The notes beneath the pieces are model-generated. The model saw only the letters and a list, made by a program, of their open reading frames with translations, made no database searches and had not been told where the DNA came from. From Candidatus Omnitrophota bacterium (GTDB lineage Bacteria > Omnitrophota > Gorgyraeia > Duberdicusellales > 4484-171), in assembly GCA_016935525.1 (NCBI GenBank), contig JAFGQU010000002.1, positions 34,560-98,559 of the forward strand: a stretch of DNA of 64,000 nucleotides, read 5' to 3'. Position 1 is the stretch's first letter, and each line of letters opens with the position of its first letter. The position numbers and the translations under genes are program-made. Shown here one piece after another: positions 1 to 8,084 of this stretch.

Positions 1-219
1 AGCCCCGCCAAACAGATGGATGATAAATCCTGGTAACAAACGGGAAAATTGATGGGGGTCCATGCTCTGAAACCCCTCACTCATAAACGGAGCAAGTTTT
101 GTATAATAACTATACCCCGATACCATATAGATAAAACCGGTGTACCCCAACAAGATGACCGTCACGATCACAATAAGTATCGTACCACTCGTTTTAGGCA
201 CACCAGGCATAACTGACAT
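1..219 (-). CDS. hypothetical membrane protein, N-terminal part only (gene runs off the window start)
   Basis: Minus-strand frame open from ATG at 217-219 (GGGGAG-like RBS just upstream) to position 1 without a stop. Translation starts MSVMPGVPKTSGTILIVIVTVILLGYTGF, a hydrophobic helix. Absent from the ORF track because it is truncated. Confidence 0.3.
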   Translation of the reverse strand, partial: MSVMPGVPKTSGTILIVIVTVILLGYTGFIYMVSGYSYYTKLAPFMSEGFQSMDPHQFSRLLPGFIIHLFGGA

Positions 220-329
220 ATCTACTCCCCACGGCTTCTTTTAATGTTATTCTATCAGCTATCATGTAAGAATCAAATACTACAAGAAGAGCCCGGCAAC
301 ACGCTTATGGTAAACAATCTTTCTCTTTT

Positions 330-1763
330 TTATCCTTGCACTTCACAGACATAATGTCTATGGACCTGACGGGCTACTTTTCTGAATTCTTCTAAACGTT
401 GTTTCCGCACCGCCGGCGTACTTTTCTCACTATACCAGCCATCAGGCTCAAACCGGATCCCCCAACGTTCGGGATTCATCCCCAAGGAAGAGCCTTCTTC
501 GATATGACAACCGGTTACCTGCGCAAAACTCTGGATAAACCGGGCATTTCGTTTCATAAAGACGATCGTCTTTTGAAAATCCTGGTCGGTCTCCGTCGGG
601 AATCCGATCAGGAAAAAGGTATTCGCGGAAATACCGGCATCATGAGTATCCCGTATGACTTTCTCTGCTAATCCCACGCTGAACGTCTTACCCATATCCT
701 TTAATATCGATTCCGACCCGCTTTCAATACCATACGCAAGAGAGACGCATCCCGCACGTCTCATTTTTTCCAAGAGACGAAAATCCATCTCTTTCCTCAC
801 AATAGCTTTTGCCGACCACCGCACTTTTAATCTTTTTTGTAAGATCAAATCGCACATATCTTCAACCCGGGAGATATCACCGTTAAAAGTAGAGTCTACA
901 ATCTCAAAATCATTCATCCTGTATCTTGCTGCCAACGTTTTCATGTCGGCAACGACTTTTTCTGCAGACATACACCTATAGGTTTTCCATAAAGGACTGT
1001 CGGCGCAAAAGGCACATCGGTTCACGCACCCCCGACTTGTGACTAAAGGAAGAGTGTCGGTAATGTATTTTTTTAATATAAAATCATCGAACACCGGAAA
1101 AGGGATAGAGTCAAGATCATGTATCAACGGACGAGGCGGCATTGCACATAATTTCTCTGTCGAAGCATATACTATACCGGGTACGTCATGAAAACCTCTG
1201 GTTTTATCTTTACGACGGCATATCTCATAAAGCCCATCCTCGCCTTCTCCATCGATAAGTAAATCAAACACCTCAAATAACTCCCGGTTGAGAGGGGTGG
1301 CCGGACGAACCCCTTCAATAAGGATCTTTTTTATCCGGTTTACCTCGGCGCCGCCGGCGACAAGGGTCATGTGAGGATTTAATCCTTTCAGTTTTTTCGC
1401 CAAAAGCACACTCACGTTCACTGTCGACATATAAAGCGAAAACCCTACTGTAGCCGGATCATCTTGTAAAATCTCATGTGCCCAATCGTCGATATGTTTC
1501 TCTATCACAGGATAGATGTGCCGGGAGAACAAATGCGGAATAATAAAATATTCGGGATAATTTAAATCCCAGAATTTTTTTTGCGGAAATATTTCATATA
1601 ACTCGACATTGAAATCAAAACATTTCACTCCGAGCCCCTGCCCGGCCAAGAAAGCTTTTAGATACGCCAAGTTTGCCGGGGGATGAAGCACGCCCCAAGC
1701 CGGGCACATCACCAGTACCGTTGCAATTTTCTTTTTCTTCCGTCGAAGCCATAATTTCAACAT
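330..1763 (-). CDS. B12-binding domain radical SAM protein (class B rSAM)
   Basis: N-terminal KIATVLVMCPAWGVLHPPANLAYLKAF matches the cobalamin-binding domain opening of class B rSAMs. Radical SAM cluster TSRGCVNRCAFCADS (CX3CX2C) is present. Start moved to MLKLW at 1763 so it does not run into the upstream gene. Confidence 0.8.
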   Translation of the reverse strand: MLKLWLRRKKKKIATVLVMCPAWGVLHPPANLAYLKAFLAGQGLGVKCFDFNVELYEIFPQKKFWDLNYPEYFIIPHLFSRHIYPVIEKHIDDWAHEILQDDPATVGFSLYMSTVNVSVLLAKKLKGLNPHMTLVAGGAEVNRIKKILIEGVRPATPLNRELFEVFDLLIDGEGEDGLYEICRRKDKTRGFHDVPGIVYASTEKLCAMPPRPLIHDLDSIPFPVFDDFILKKYITDTLPLVTSRGCVNRCAFCADSPLWKTYRCMSAEKVVADMKTLAARYRMNDFEIVDSTFNGDISRVEDMCDLILQKRLKVRWSAKAIVRKEMDFRLLEKMRRAGCVSLAYGIESGSESILKDMGKTFSVGLAEKVIRDTHDAGISANTFFLIGFPTETDQDFQKTIVFMKRNARFIQSFAQVTGCHIEEGSSLGMNPERWGIRFEPDGWYSEKSTPAVRKQRLEEFRKVARQVHRHYVCEVQG

Positions 1764-1767
1764 AGAT

Positions 1768-2835
1768 CTACCGAAGCCATCCTTGTCTACCAAGCTCTTC
1801 ATAGAGAGCTTCGGCGACGATTTGATGGCCTAATTCATTAGGATGGCATTTATCTTGCGCGTTTACTTGAAGCCGGACAGGATTATCTACGCGCTTTTGA
1901 TAATAACGATACATAAAAAAATAGGGGAATCTCAATTCTTCAGCTATATCGGCAAGGATGCGGTTATTAGGGAATCCATCGTAAAACAAGAGATCGGGAT
2001 GAATACATATTAACACATTAAATTTATATTGATCCCTCAGGCGGGCGAGTTTTTCCATATTTTCAAGAAGGATAGCCCTCTCCTGAAGAGTAATATCTTT
2101 ATTTTCGTGCCGAAGAGCAAAGATATAAGCCAGAGATATTCTCCGGCGCAGCCGAGGGAAACGGTCCATAAGGACTTGATACAGGTGAGAACGCGAAAGC
2201 GTATTCTTAATAAACCAACTCAAATATGAGTTCCGGGAATTGTAATATCTCTGAAATACTTTCAGTCTCTGTTTTTCTGTAAGAAAACTGTAATTATACC
2301 AATTATGGATACCGGGTAAAGGTTCGGCATCATTACGGTAAAAGTTCAGTATTACGATATCCGGAGAAAATTGTAACGCTTTTGTTCTCAGTGTTTCTAT
2401 CTCGGCTTCTATATTATATCCTCCCACCCCGAAATTCATGACTTCATAGCGATGAGGACCGGCCGAGCTGTTCTTTCCATTTAATAACGCTTCCAACCTA
2501 TCTGAAAATGTCTTTCCTAAACGAACCGACACCCCCTCGGTAATTGAATCACCCAGCATAACGATCCTTACCAGATATTGATCTTTCGTAAGGACAAAAT
2601 CGGTATCTTTAAATCCAAAATTGTTGATCCGGTCCCCATTTTCTATCGCATAAGGGGTCCTTTCATAGACGATCTTGGCGTTTCTCGACAACCGCCAGTG
2701 TGTTCCTGAATAATCGATGATATCCGGAGATAACCCAAAAAGACGAACAACCCCTTCTAAGAAGAGCATCGTAATAAGGATACTCCCCACGCATACTATA
2801 ATATTTTTGTAAAATCCTTTCATTATGGGATTCAC
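1768..2835 (-). CDS. SGNH/GDSL-family hydrolase, N-terminally membrane anchored
   Basis: N-terminal TM helix, then the block VRIVMLGDSITEGV typical of the GDSL/SGNH catalytic Ser motif. Confidence 0.6.
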   Translation of the reverse strand: MNPIMKGFYKNIIVCVGSILITMLFLEGVVRLFGLSPDIIDYSGTHWRLSRNAKIVYERTPYAIENGDRINNFGFKDTDFVLTKDQYLVRIVMLGDSITEGVSVRLGKTFSDRLEALLNGKNSSAGPHRYEVMNFGVGGYNIEAEIETLRTKALQFSPDIVILNFYRNDAEPLPGIHNWYNYSFLTEKQRLKVFQRYYNSRNSYLSWFIKNTLSRSHLYQVLMDRFPRLRRRISLAYIFALRHENKDITLQERAILLENMEKLARLRDQYKFNVLICIHPDLLFYDGFPNNRILADIAEELRFPYFFMYRYYQKRVDNPVRLQVNAQDKCHPNELGHQIVAEALYEELGRQGWLR

Positions 2836-3059
2836 TCTAAAAGACTCATAGTGATCGACGATACCATCGATCTAAGACCGTTATAAAAGCGTACCTCAAT
2901 TATACCTTTATCGTATAAAAATAAAAGAGGCAGACGTTTAACGGCCTGCCTCTTTCTTGCAAAATCTCTCAAACTGACTATTTTTTCTTTGCTTTTTTCG
3001 CTTTGGGGGCTGCTTTTTTAGTTGCTGCCTTTTTTTTCTTAGCCATCCTTACACCTCCT

Positions 3060-3467
3060 TTAAGGTTTAAACCGTCCGTTAAAATCTTCTATTTCGTCTG
3101 ATTCTTCTGGTTCTTCCCGTCCTCCCGGTTCCTCTAATTCTTCGAGTCCGGGCATCGTGAATGGTTCTGTTTCCATTTCAGTATCTTGAGCCATATCTTC
3201 ATCAAATATGTAAAAATAGTCCACGACTTCCTGTCCATTTTCAGTATTTTCAACGATCAGCTCGACCATATCTCCCACTTCCAGATACGCATATTGGATT
3301 AATTCCGGCGTAATAAAAAATCTCTGGCCGTCAACGATCAGGGTATGTTCGGGAAAATCGATACCTTCTACTTTCCCTTTCACTGATTGGGTCTGAGATT
3401 CAGCCCCGACTATAATCGAGAAAGGAATGATGCAGATCAGTAGCATCAAGCAAATCCTGCGGGACAT
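3060..3467 (-). CDS. secreted hypothetical protein with strongly acidic C-terminal tail
   Basis: Likely start MSRRICLMLLICIIPFSIIVGAESQ (signal peptide). C-terminal 50 aa are rich in E/D (EELEEPGGREEPEESDEIEDF). Confidence 0.45.
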   Translation of the reverse strand: MSRRICLMLLICIIPFSIIVGAESQTQSVKGKVEGIDFPEHTLIVDGQRFFITPELIQYAYLEVGDMVELIVENTENGQEVVDYFYIFDEDMAQDTEMETEPFTMPGLEELEEPGGREEPEESDEIEDFNGRFKP

Positions 3468-3480
3468 ATTTCTCTCCTTT

Positions 3481-3672
3481 TTAATATTCGTCTCCTTCGG
3501 AAGCATCCTCTTCAAAATCATCTAAAGAATCAACATCCAACGCAGGCGGGTCTAATTCTATTAATCTCAATACTGAATCGCATTGCATACAATCAACGGT
3601 ATTGCCTATTTCTAAAAATTCGGCGATTTCAATAGGATGGCTGCAAATCGGACATTTCGCCTTCTTTGCCAT
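3481..3672 (-). CDS. LysW-like zinc-ribbon protein with acidic C-terminal tail (amino-group-carrier-like)
   Basis: MAKKAKCPICSHPIEIAEFLEIGNTVDCMQCDSVLRLIELDPPALDVDSLDDFEEDASEGDEY. It has CPxC...CxxC, then L.L...P..L and an acidic tail, the same architecture as Thermus/Sulfolobus LysW. The C-terminus ends in Tyr rather than the EDWGE Glu. Internal ATG at 3670-3672 is preceded by GGAGGAG; the longer track ORF has no RBS. Confidence 0.4.
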   Translation of the reverse strand: MAKKAKCPICSHPIEIAEFLEIGNTVDCMQCDSVLRLIELDPPALDVDSLDDFEEDASEGDEY

Positions 3673-3838
3673 TTTCTCCTCCTTTGGATAATTGTCTTTT
3701 CTCGGTCTTATATCTTCGCGAACATGTACGCACCCTATACCCCAATCAGGCGTTTCATCTATTATTGAGATACTACTTTCTTCACCTCCTGTTTTTCCAG
3801 TTAATATATCTTTCACATTATCCCTATCGATCTGGTAA

Positions 3839-4198
3839 TCATGTACGGTTACAAAGTTTGATTGAGTCGGCATGGACTTCTTTCAAAGTTTCTTTATCTT
3901 TCGCAAAAGCTTTTACCTCTTGAAATTCCGAAGTGAGGAAAGAAAGCACTTTTCCCTGAGGCGAATCTTGATTTTTGTTGAGAGTATAGTAGACAAAGTT
4001 TCCCTCTCTACGGTCAGATACTACCCTTAAGAGTCTTAACCGGGAAAGATGTTTGGAAATAGTGGGTTGGTTAGCGGTAAGCGCCGCACAGATATCTTTT
4101 ACAGTAAGTTCCTGTTCGGTAAGAAGATTAATGATTCTCAGGCGGGTATCATCAGCACAGGCTTTTAATGTTTGCCGTAATGCTCTTAAACTCATCAT
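3839..4198 (-). CDS. ArsR/SmtB family transcriptional regulator
   Basis: Winged-helix block RLRIINLLTEQELTVKDICAALTANQPTISKHLSRLR is typical of ArsR family. Confidence 0.75.
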   Translation of the reverse strand: MMSLRALRQTLKACADDTRLRIINLLTEQELTVKDICAALTANQPTISKHLSRLRLLRVVSDRREGNFVYYTLNKNQDSPQGKVLSFLTSEFQEVKAFAKDKETLKEVHADSIKLCNRT

Positions 4199-4317
4199 TT
4201 TTTAATATATGAATATATTGGCATATACTCATATATAAATATATCAAGCAAAATAAGCCCTGTCAACACATTATTTGTCATTTCTTATAAAAAAGGAACG
4301 ACAACGGAAGGGATCAT

Positions 4318-4617
4318 TCAGTCGCCTTTACGATACATCAACACGACAACCGCGACCATCGTAAACAGGATGAGGTTCATGATATTGAACGCGCGCCAGA
4401 CAAGATCGGTTGAACGAAACGCTTGAGGAGCCATCAACAGGAAACAGATCCATACCCCTAACACCCAATAAATACTTATATCTCGCGACGATTTCCTTTG
4501 TAGAATCCTCACGATAAGCGGTATATTCCATAGCGGTAACACGATCGCTGCGATCAAGGCAATTTTATCGGTAATCATACTCCTCCTATTGTATACTAAA
4601 AATCGCTTTTTACACAC
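4318..4617 (-). CDS. small integral membrane protein, function unknown
   Basis: 99 aa with three hydrophobic helices. Confidence 0.4.
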   Translation of the reverse strand: MCKKRFLVYNRRSMITDKIALIAAIVLPLWNIPLIVRILQRKSSRDISIYWVLGVWICFLLMAPQAFRSTDLVWRAFNIMNLILFTMVAVVVLMYRKGD

Positions 4618-5384
4618 AAATCATCAAGAGCGACTTCAGGATGCCGGTACCGTTTTCTTCCTATCGTACTCTTTTTATATTGAATCGCTTCCTGAGGACA
4701 CCATTGTAAACAGGCAAAACATTGTTCGCATCGATTAAGCCATTTCGGTTTACCGGAGATAAGTTCGATATTCCGTACCGGACAGACTTTCACACAGATA
4801 CCGCAACTATTACATTGCTCATCCGCCCAGAAATTTTTGTCCGCAGAACGGATCTGAGACGAACCAAGTTTATAGATCCCGGAAAAAAGCCAGTTGGTCA
4901 ACCGGGAATTATGTTCGATGGGATGTGATTGCTTTCTACGGATAATACCAACGATATTTTTTATTTTCTTTTTTTCTTTCTCAAAAAGAGCATTCTGTTT
5001 ATCAGCGGGGATAGCTTCATAAAGCGGGGTATAATTCCCCGGCATAGGGATGATGAATCCGGCCGATAATTTTATGCCGCTCCTCTTACATTCCCGGTAG
5101 GTCTGCCCTAACGCGTTCGCCGCCATCCCGCCGCAGGTCGCGATCGCGAAAATATACTTGTCTTCTCCTCCCTTCATTTTTTTGATAAACCGGCTCACGA
5201 TCAGCGGCATGCCGAACATATAGACCGGATAGATAATACCGATACATTCTGAAGTTACATTAATGTCTCGATCGATCGCCCCAGCGATGGCAATAATCTG
5301 AGTATCACCCAGTTCATCCGCAAGATCTCGGGCTACTTTCAAACTATTTCCTGTGCCGGAAAAGTAAAACAATGTCGTTTTCAT
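4596..5384 (-). CDS. flavodoxin-like protein with C-terminal 2x[4Fe-4S] ferredoxin domain
   Basis: MKTTLFYFSGTGNSLKVA is a flavodoxin FMN-loop motif. The C-terminus has two CxxCxxCxxxCP clusters (CNSCGICVKVCP, CEQCFACLQWCP). Start placed at 5384 because a -35/-10 pair sits immediately upstream (see promoter feature); track start 5420 lies inside that -35. Confidence 0.6.
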   Translation of the reverse strand: MKTTLFYFSGTGNSLKVARDLADELGDTQIIAIAGAIDRDINVTSECIGIIYPVYMFGMPLIVSRFIKKMKGGEDKYIFAIATCGGMAANALGQTYRECKRSGIKLSAGFIIPMPGNYTPLYEAIPADKQNALFEKEKKKIKNIVGIIRRKQSHPIEHNSRLTNWLFSGIYKLGSSQIRSADKNFWADEQCNSCGICVKVCPVRNIELISGKPKWLNRCEQCFACLQWCPQEAIQYKKSTIGRKRYRHPEVALDDLCVKSDF

Positions 5385-5391
5385 CGGTAGC

Positions 5392-5420
5392 ATTTTACAA
5401 TATTCGGTACGGCGAGTCAA
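5392..5420 (-). promoter_or_regulatory. putative sigma70-type promoter giving a leaderless or near-leaderless mRNA for the flavodoxin-ferredoxin gene
   Basis: On the minus strand: TTGACT (plus 5415-5420), 17-nt spacer, TAAAAT (plus 5392-5397), then 7 nt to the ATG at 5384. There is no Shine-Dalgarno in between. Confidence 0.35.
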
Positions 5421-5492
5421 TTCGCAAACGGCAAGCTATATTTGTTTTAACGTGTGACCTTGTGACGTGTGTCGTGTAACGTGAAGAAAACA

Positions 5493-5566
5493 TGGCGGCG
5501 AGTGGACTTGAACCACCGACGCAACGGGTATGAGCCGTTTGCTCTACCGGCCTGAGCTACGCCGCC
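5493..5566 (-). tRNA. tRNA-Met (CAT anticodon; elongator-type acceptor stem, could also be the lysidine-modified Ile2 type)
   Basis: Reverse complement GGCGGCGTAGCTCAGGCCGGTAGAGCAAACGGCTCATACCCGTTGCGTCGGTGGTTCAAGTCCACTCGCCGCCA folds as a cloverleaf with anticodon loop CTCATAC and a GTTCAAGTCC T-arm. G1:C72 is paired, so it is not an initiator. CCA is encoded. Confidence 0.8.
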
Positions 5567-5752
5567 GATATTCGTAATGCGAAATGCGTACATTCCCACA
5601 TAAAAATTCTTTTTAAATTATACCACCGATACCTGAAAAATCTATATGATTTTGAGTGCTCTTTTGAAGGAAAATAAGGTTGGCGTTATCCGTAAAAGGC
5701 TAAAAACACCCTGCTTTAATTTTTTAAATTCCTTCTGCGAGTTTTTAATGGC

Positions 5753-6079
5753 TCATCCCTTAAGGATAAGCCATACTAATACCACGATAATCGCAGTAGA
5801 AATGATATAGAAATCGTTAAAGTAGAGCGTTTCACGAATTTTTTCTTTCACGGTAACCGTCGGGGTCCTTAAATTAAACCGCCCCTGGATCTCGCTTTTA
5901 ATCTTTACTATATCTTCGCGTTTAAAACGCAAGAATTCTCCGGCAACACGATAGTGGGGGATCTTATTTTCCTGGCTGAGCTCGATCACGTCTTTTTCAG
6001 AAAGCCCCAGGACCTGCGCCGCTTCGCGTGTAGTCAATAAATTACCGGAAATCTTTTTCAACGATTCTGTTCTACCCAT
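5753..6079 (-). CDS. excisionase/MerR-type HTH (HTH_17) protein with C-terminal transmembrane anchor
   Basis: LLTTREAAQVLGLSEKDVIELSQENKIPHYRVAGEFLRFKREDI is an excisionase-family helix-turn-helix. The C-terminal IISTAIIVVLVWLILKG is hydrophobic. Confidence 0.55.
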   Translation of the reverse strand: MGRTESLKKISGNLLTTREAAQVLGLSEKDVIELSQENKIPHYRVAGEFLRFKREDIVKIKSEIQGRFNLRTPTVTVKEKIRETLYFNDFYIISTAIIVVLVWLILKG

Positions 6080-6549
6080 AGTTCTAGTTCTCTCCTGTCA
6101 AACACCAGTTCGCTGCCTTCTTTTTGTGCGGGAAGTTTTCCACTGTTTGCCCATTCTACGATCTTCTCGGTATCTACAGAAAGGTATTCCGATAATTCCG
6201 AAAGGGTGAGACGTTCAGTGTACATCTTGCATTTCCCGTTCATCACCGCACCTTCCTGTACCGATAACCGGATCGTTTCTATATCGCCGAACACATTTGC
6301 GGTTGAGGTCAAAGAGATCGTCCCGGTTGCCTTGATATTCCCGCGTACTAATCCGGATATCACGACATCTTCTCCTTCGATATCGGCAGTCACTTTTGCA
6401 TCTTCGCCGATAATAAGGTTCCCTTTTGCTTTCAAGTTCCCTTCGAACTTCCCGTTAATACGCAAATTGACCGGTTCGGAAAATACCATTGTCCCTTGCA
6501 TCGCAGCATTTACATCAAGAATTTTCTCATCATCTCTTTTACGTGCCAT
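6058..6549 (-). CDS. bactofilin-domain protein fused to a C-terminal HTH_17 DNA-binding domain
   Basis: Core VVISGLVRGNIKATGTISLTSTANVFGDIETIRLSVQEGAVMNGKCKM matches the bactofilin (DUF583) beta-helix repeats. The C-terminal LTLSELSEYLSVDTEKIVEWANSGKLPAQKEGSELVFDRRELELWV is an excisionase-type HTH. Confidence 0.7.
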   Translation of the reverse strand: MARKRDDEKILDVNAAMQGTMVFSEPVNLRINGKFEGNLKAKGNLIIGEDAKVTADIEGEDVVISGLVRGNIKATGTISLTSTANVFGDIETIRLSVQEGAVMNGKCKMYTERLTLSELSEYLSVDTEKIVEWANSGKLPAQKEGSELVFDRRELELWVEQNR

Positions 6550-6642
6550 TCTATTTCACCCCCTCTCTTAATGAATATTCATCTTCCTACAAAACTATAC
6601 TAAAATCAACCCATTCTTTCTGTCTGGTTAAGATCAAACGGG

Positions 6643-7092
6643 TCATGTATCGGATTTGTCTTTTTGCAGTCTGGGCTCAAAAAAGCTTAAACAGAATAAT
6701 GTCAGAAAAGCAATGAGCGTAGTCACGACCGCCCCCGAAATAAATCCGCAGCCAACGGCTAACCCTATGGCCGCACTCACCCAGATACTGGCGGCAGTAG
6801 TAAGCCCCATGACTCCTGTCCGCGAACGGATGATCGTTCCGGCACCTAAAAATCCTATACCGGTCACGACCCCGGAAGCGATCCTCGCCGGATCAAGGGA
6901 GCCTTCATGTTTAAAAAGCTCATAAATGTAGATAGATACGAGCATGATCAACGCCGAGCCCGTACATACCAAAATATGGGTACGCAATCCGGCATCACGG
7001 CCTTTACGTTCCCGTTCCAGGCCTAAAATGCTGCCTAACACAAAAGCCAGGCCTAACCGGATACACACCACTTTAAATCCAAAATCCATCAA
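6643..7092 (-). CDS. MgtC/SapB family membrane protein
   Basis: RLGLAFVLGSILGLERERKGRDAGLRTHILVCTGSALIM is the hallmark MgtC N-terminal block. Confidence 0.7.
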   Translation of the reverse strand: MMDFGFKVVCIRLGLAFVLGSILGLERERKGRDAGLRTHILVCTGSALIMLVSIYIYELFKHEGSLDPARIASGVVTGIGFLGAGTIIRSRTGVMGLTTAASIWVSAAIGLAVGCGFISGAVVTTLIAFLTLFCLSFFEPRLQKDKSDT

Positions 7093-8081
7093 TTAGTCTC
7101 CACTTCAAGATCTAAAGAACTGGTATTTTTTTTATCATTATACAGATAAAACGCGAGTCCTGCAACCATAGCCGCATTATCGGCAGTATACCGTTTTTGC
7201 GGTACATAGAGCCTTGTTCCGGTCTCTTTTGCTTTCTCATTAAGACAGGACCTTAATCGTAAATTAGCAGTAACTCCTCCTCCGCATATAATCGTTTTTA
7301 TCTTATGGGCGGCGGCGGCGGCAAATACATTCTCGACCAGTGTCGTCACTACACTTTCCTGAAACGAAGACAAGATCTTTATCGTTTCGTCTCTGGTCAA
7401 CCGGTGTGCCTTTTCTAACTCCATTTTTTTATAGATAACTGCCGTTTTTATTCCGCTGAAACTAAAACCCAATCCGATCCGGGGACAACGAAAACGATAA
7501 CTGTCCGCCCATTGAGCTTGATAAAGGGCATCGATATATCCGCCCCCCGGATACCCTAATCCGAACGAACGAGCTATCTTATCATAGACTTCGCCGCAGG
7601 CGTCATCGCGGGTCTCTCCGAGCAATGTGATATCATCAAAATCTTTTACTAAAAAAATGTCGGTATGCCCGCCGGATACTACAAGGCCGATACATGGTAA
7701 AGGGATCTTTTTCGGATAATCGAGAAACGGCGAAAAAAGATGGGCATGAAGGTGATTGACTCCTAAAAAAGGGATCTTACAAGAAACACTCAAAGCCTTG
7801 GCAAAATTCACGCCGATCACCAGTGCCCCCCTTAATCCCGGACGGTACGTAGCGGCAATGACCGATATATCATGTAACCTTACCCGCGCTTTTTTAAGCG
7901 CCTGACAGCATACGCTATCGATGAACTGCAGATGGTTACGGGTAGCGATCTCCGGGATAACCCCTCCATAACGTTTATGATAGTTAAGCGAAGATACGGT
8001 CACAACCGACCGTACCCGCTGGCCGGATACAACTGCGCAGGAAGTCTCATCACAAGAAGTTTCGATACCGAGAGAGTACAT
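7089..8081 (-). CDS. tsaD: tRNA N6-adenosine threonylcarbamoyltransferase TsaD (Kae1/YgjD family)
   Basis: MYSLGIETSCDETSCAVV start, HLHAHLF metal site, 330 aa. Confidence 0.85.
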   Translation of the reverse strand: MYSLGIETSCDETSCAVVSGQRVRSVVTVSSLNYHKRYGGVIPEIATRNHLQFIDSVCCQALKKARVRLHDISVIAATYRPGLRGALVIGVNFAKALSVSCKIPFLGVNHLHAHLFSPFLDYPKKIPLPCIGLVVSGGHTDIFLVKDFDDITLLGETRDDACGEVYDKIARSFGLGYPGGGYIDALYQAQWADSYRFRCPRIGLGFSFSGIKTAVIYKKMELEKAHRLTRDETIKILSSFQESVVTTLVENVFAAAAAHKIKTIICGGGVTANLRLRSCLNEKAKETGTRLYVPQKRYTADNAAMVAGLAFYLYNDKKNTSSLDLEVETN

Positions 8082-8084
8082 TGC

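Noticed and set aside
399-981. Plus-strand ORFs 399-671 and 655-981 (and many similar plus-strand ORFs throughout, e.g. 6206-6571, 15850-16503, 25507-26175, 47877-48233)
   Set aside because: They lie entirely inside well-supported minus-strand genes. They have no RBS and low-complexity or proline/arginine-rich translations typical of antisense shadow frames.
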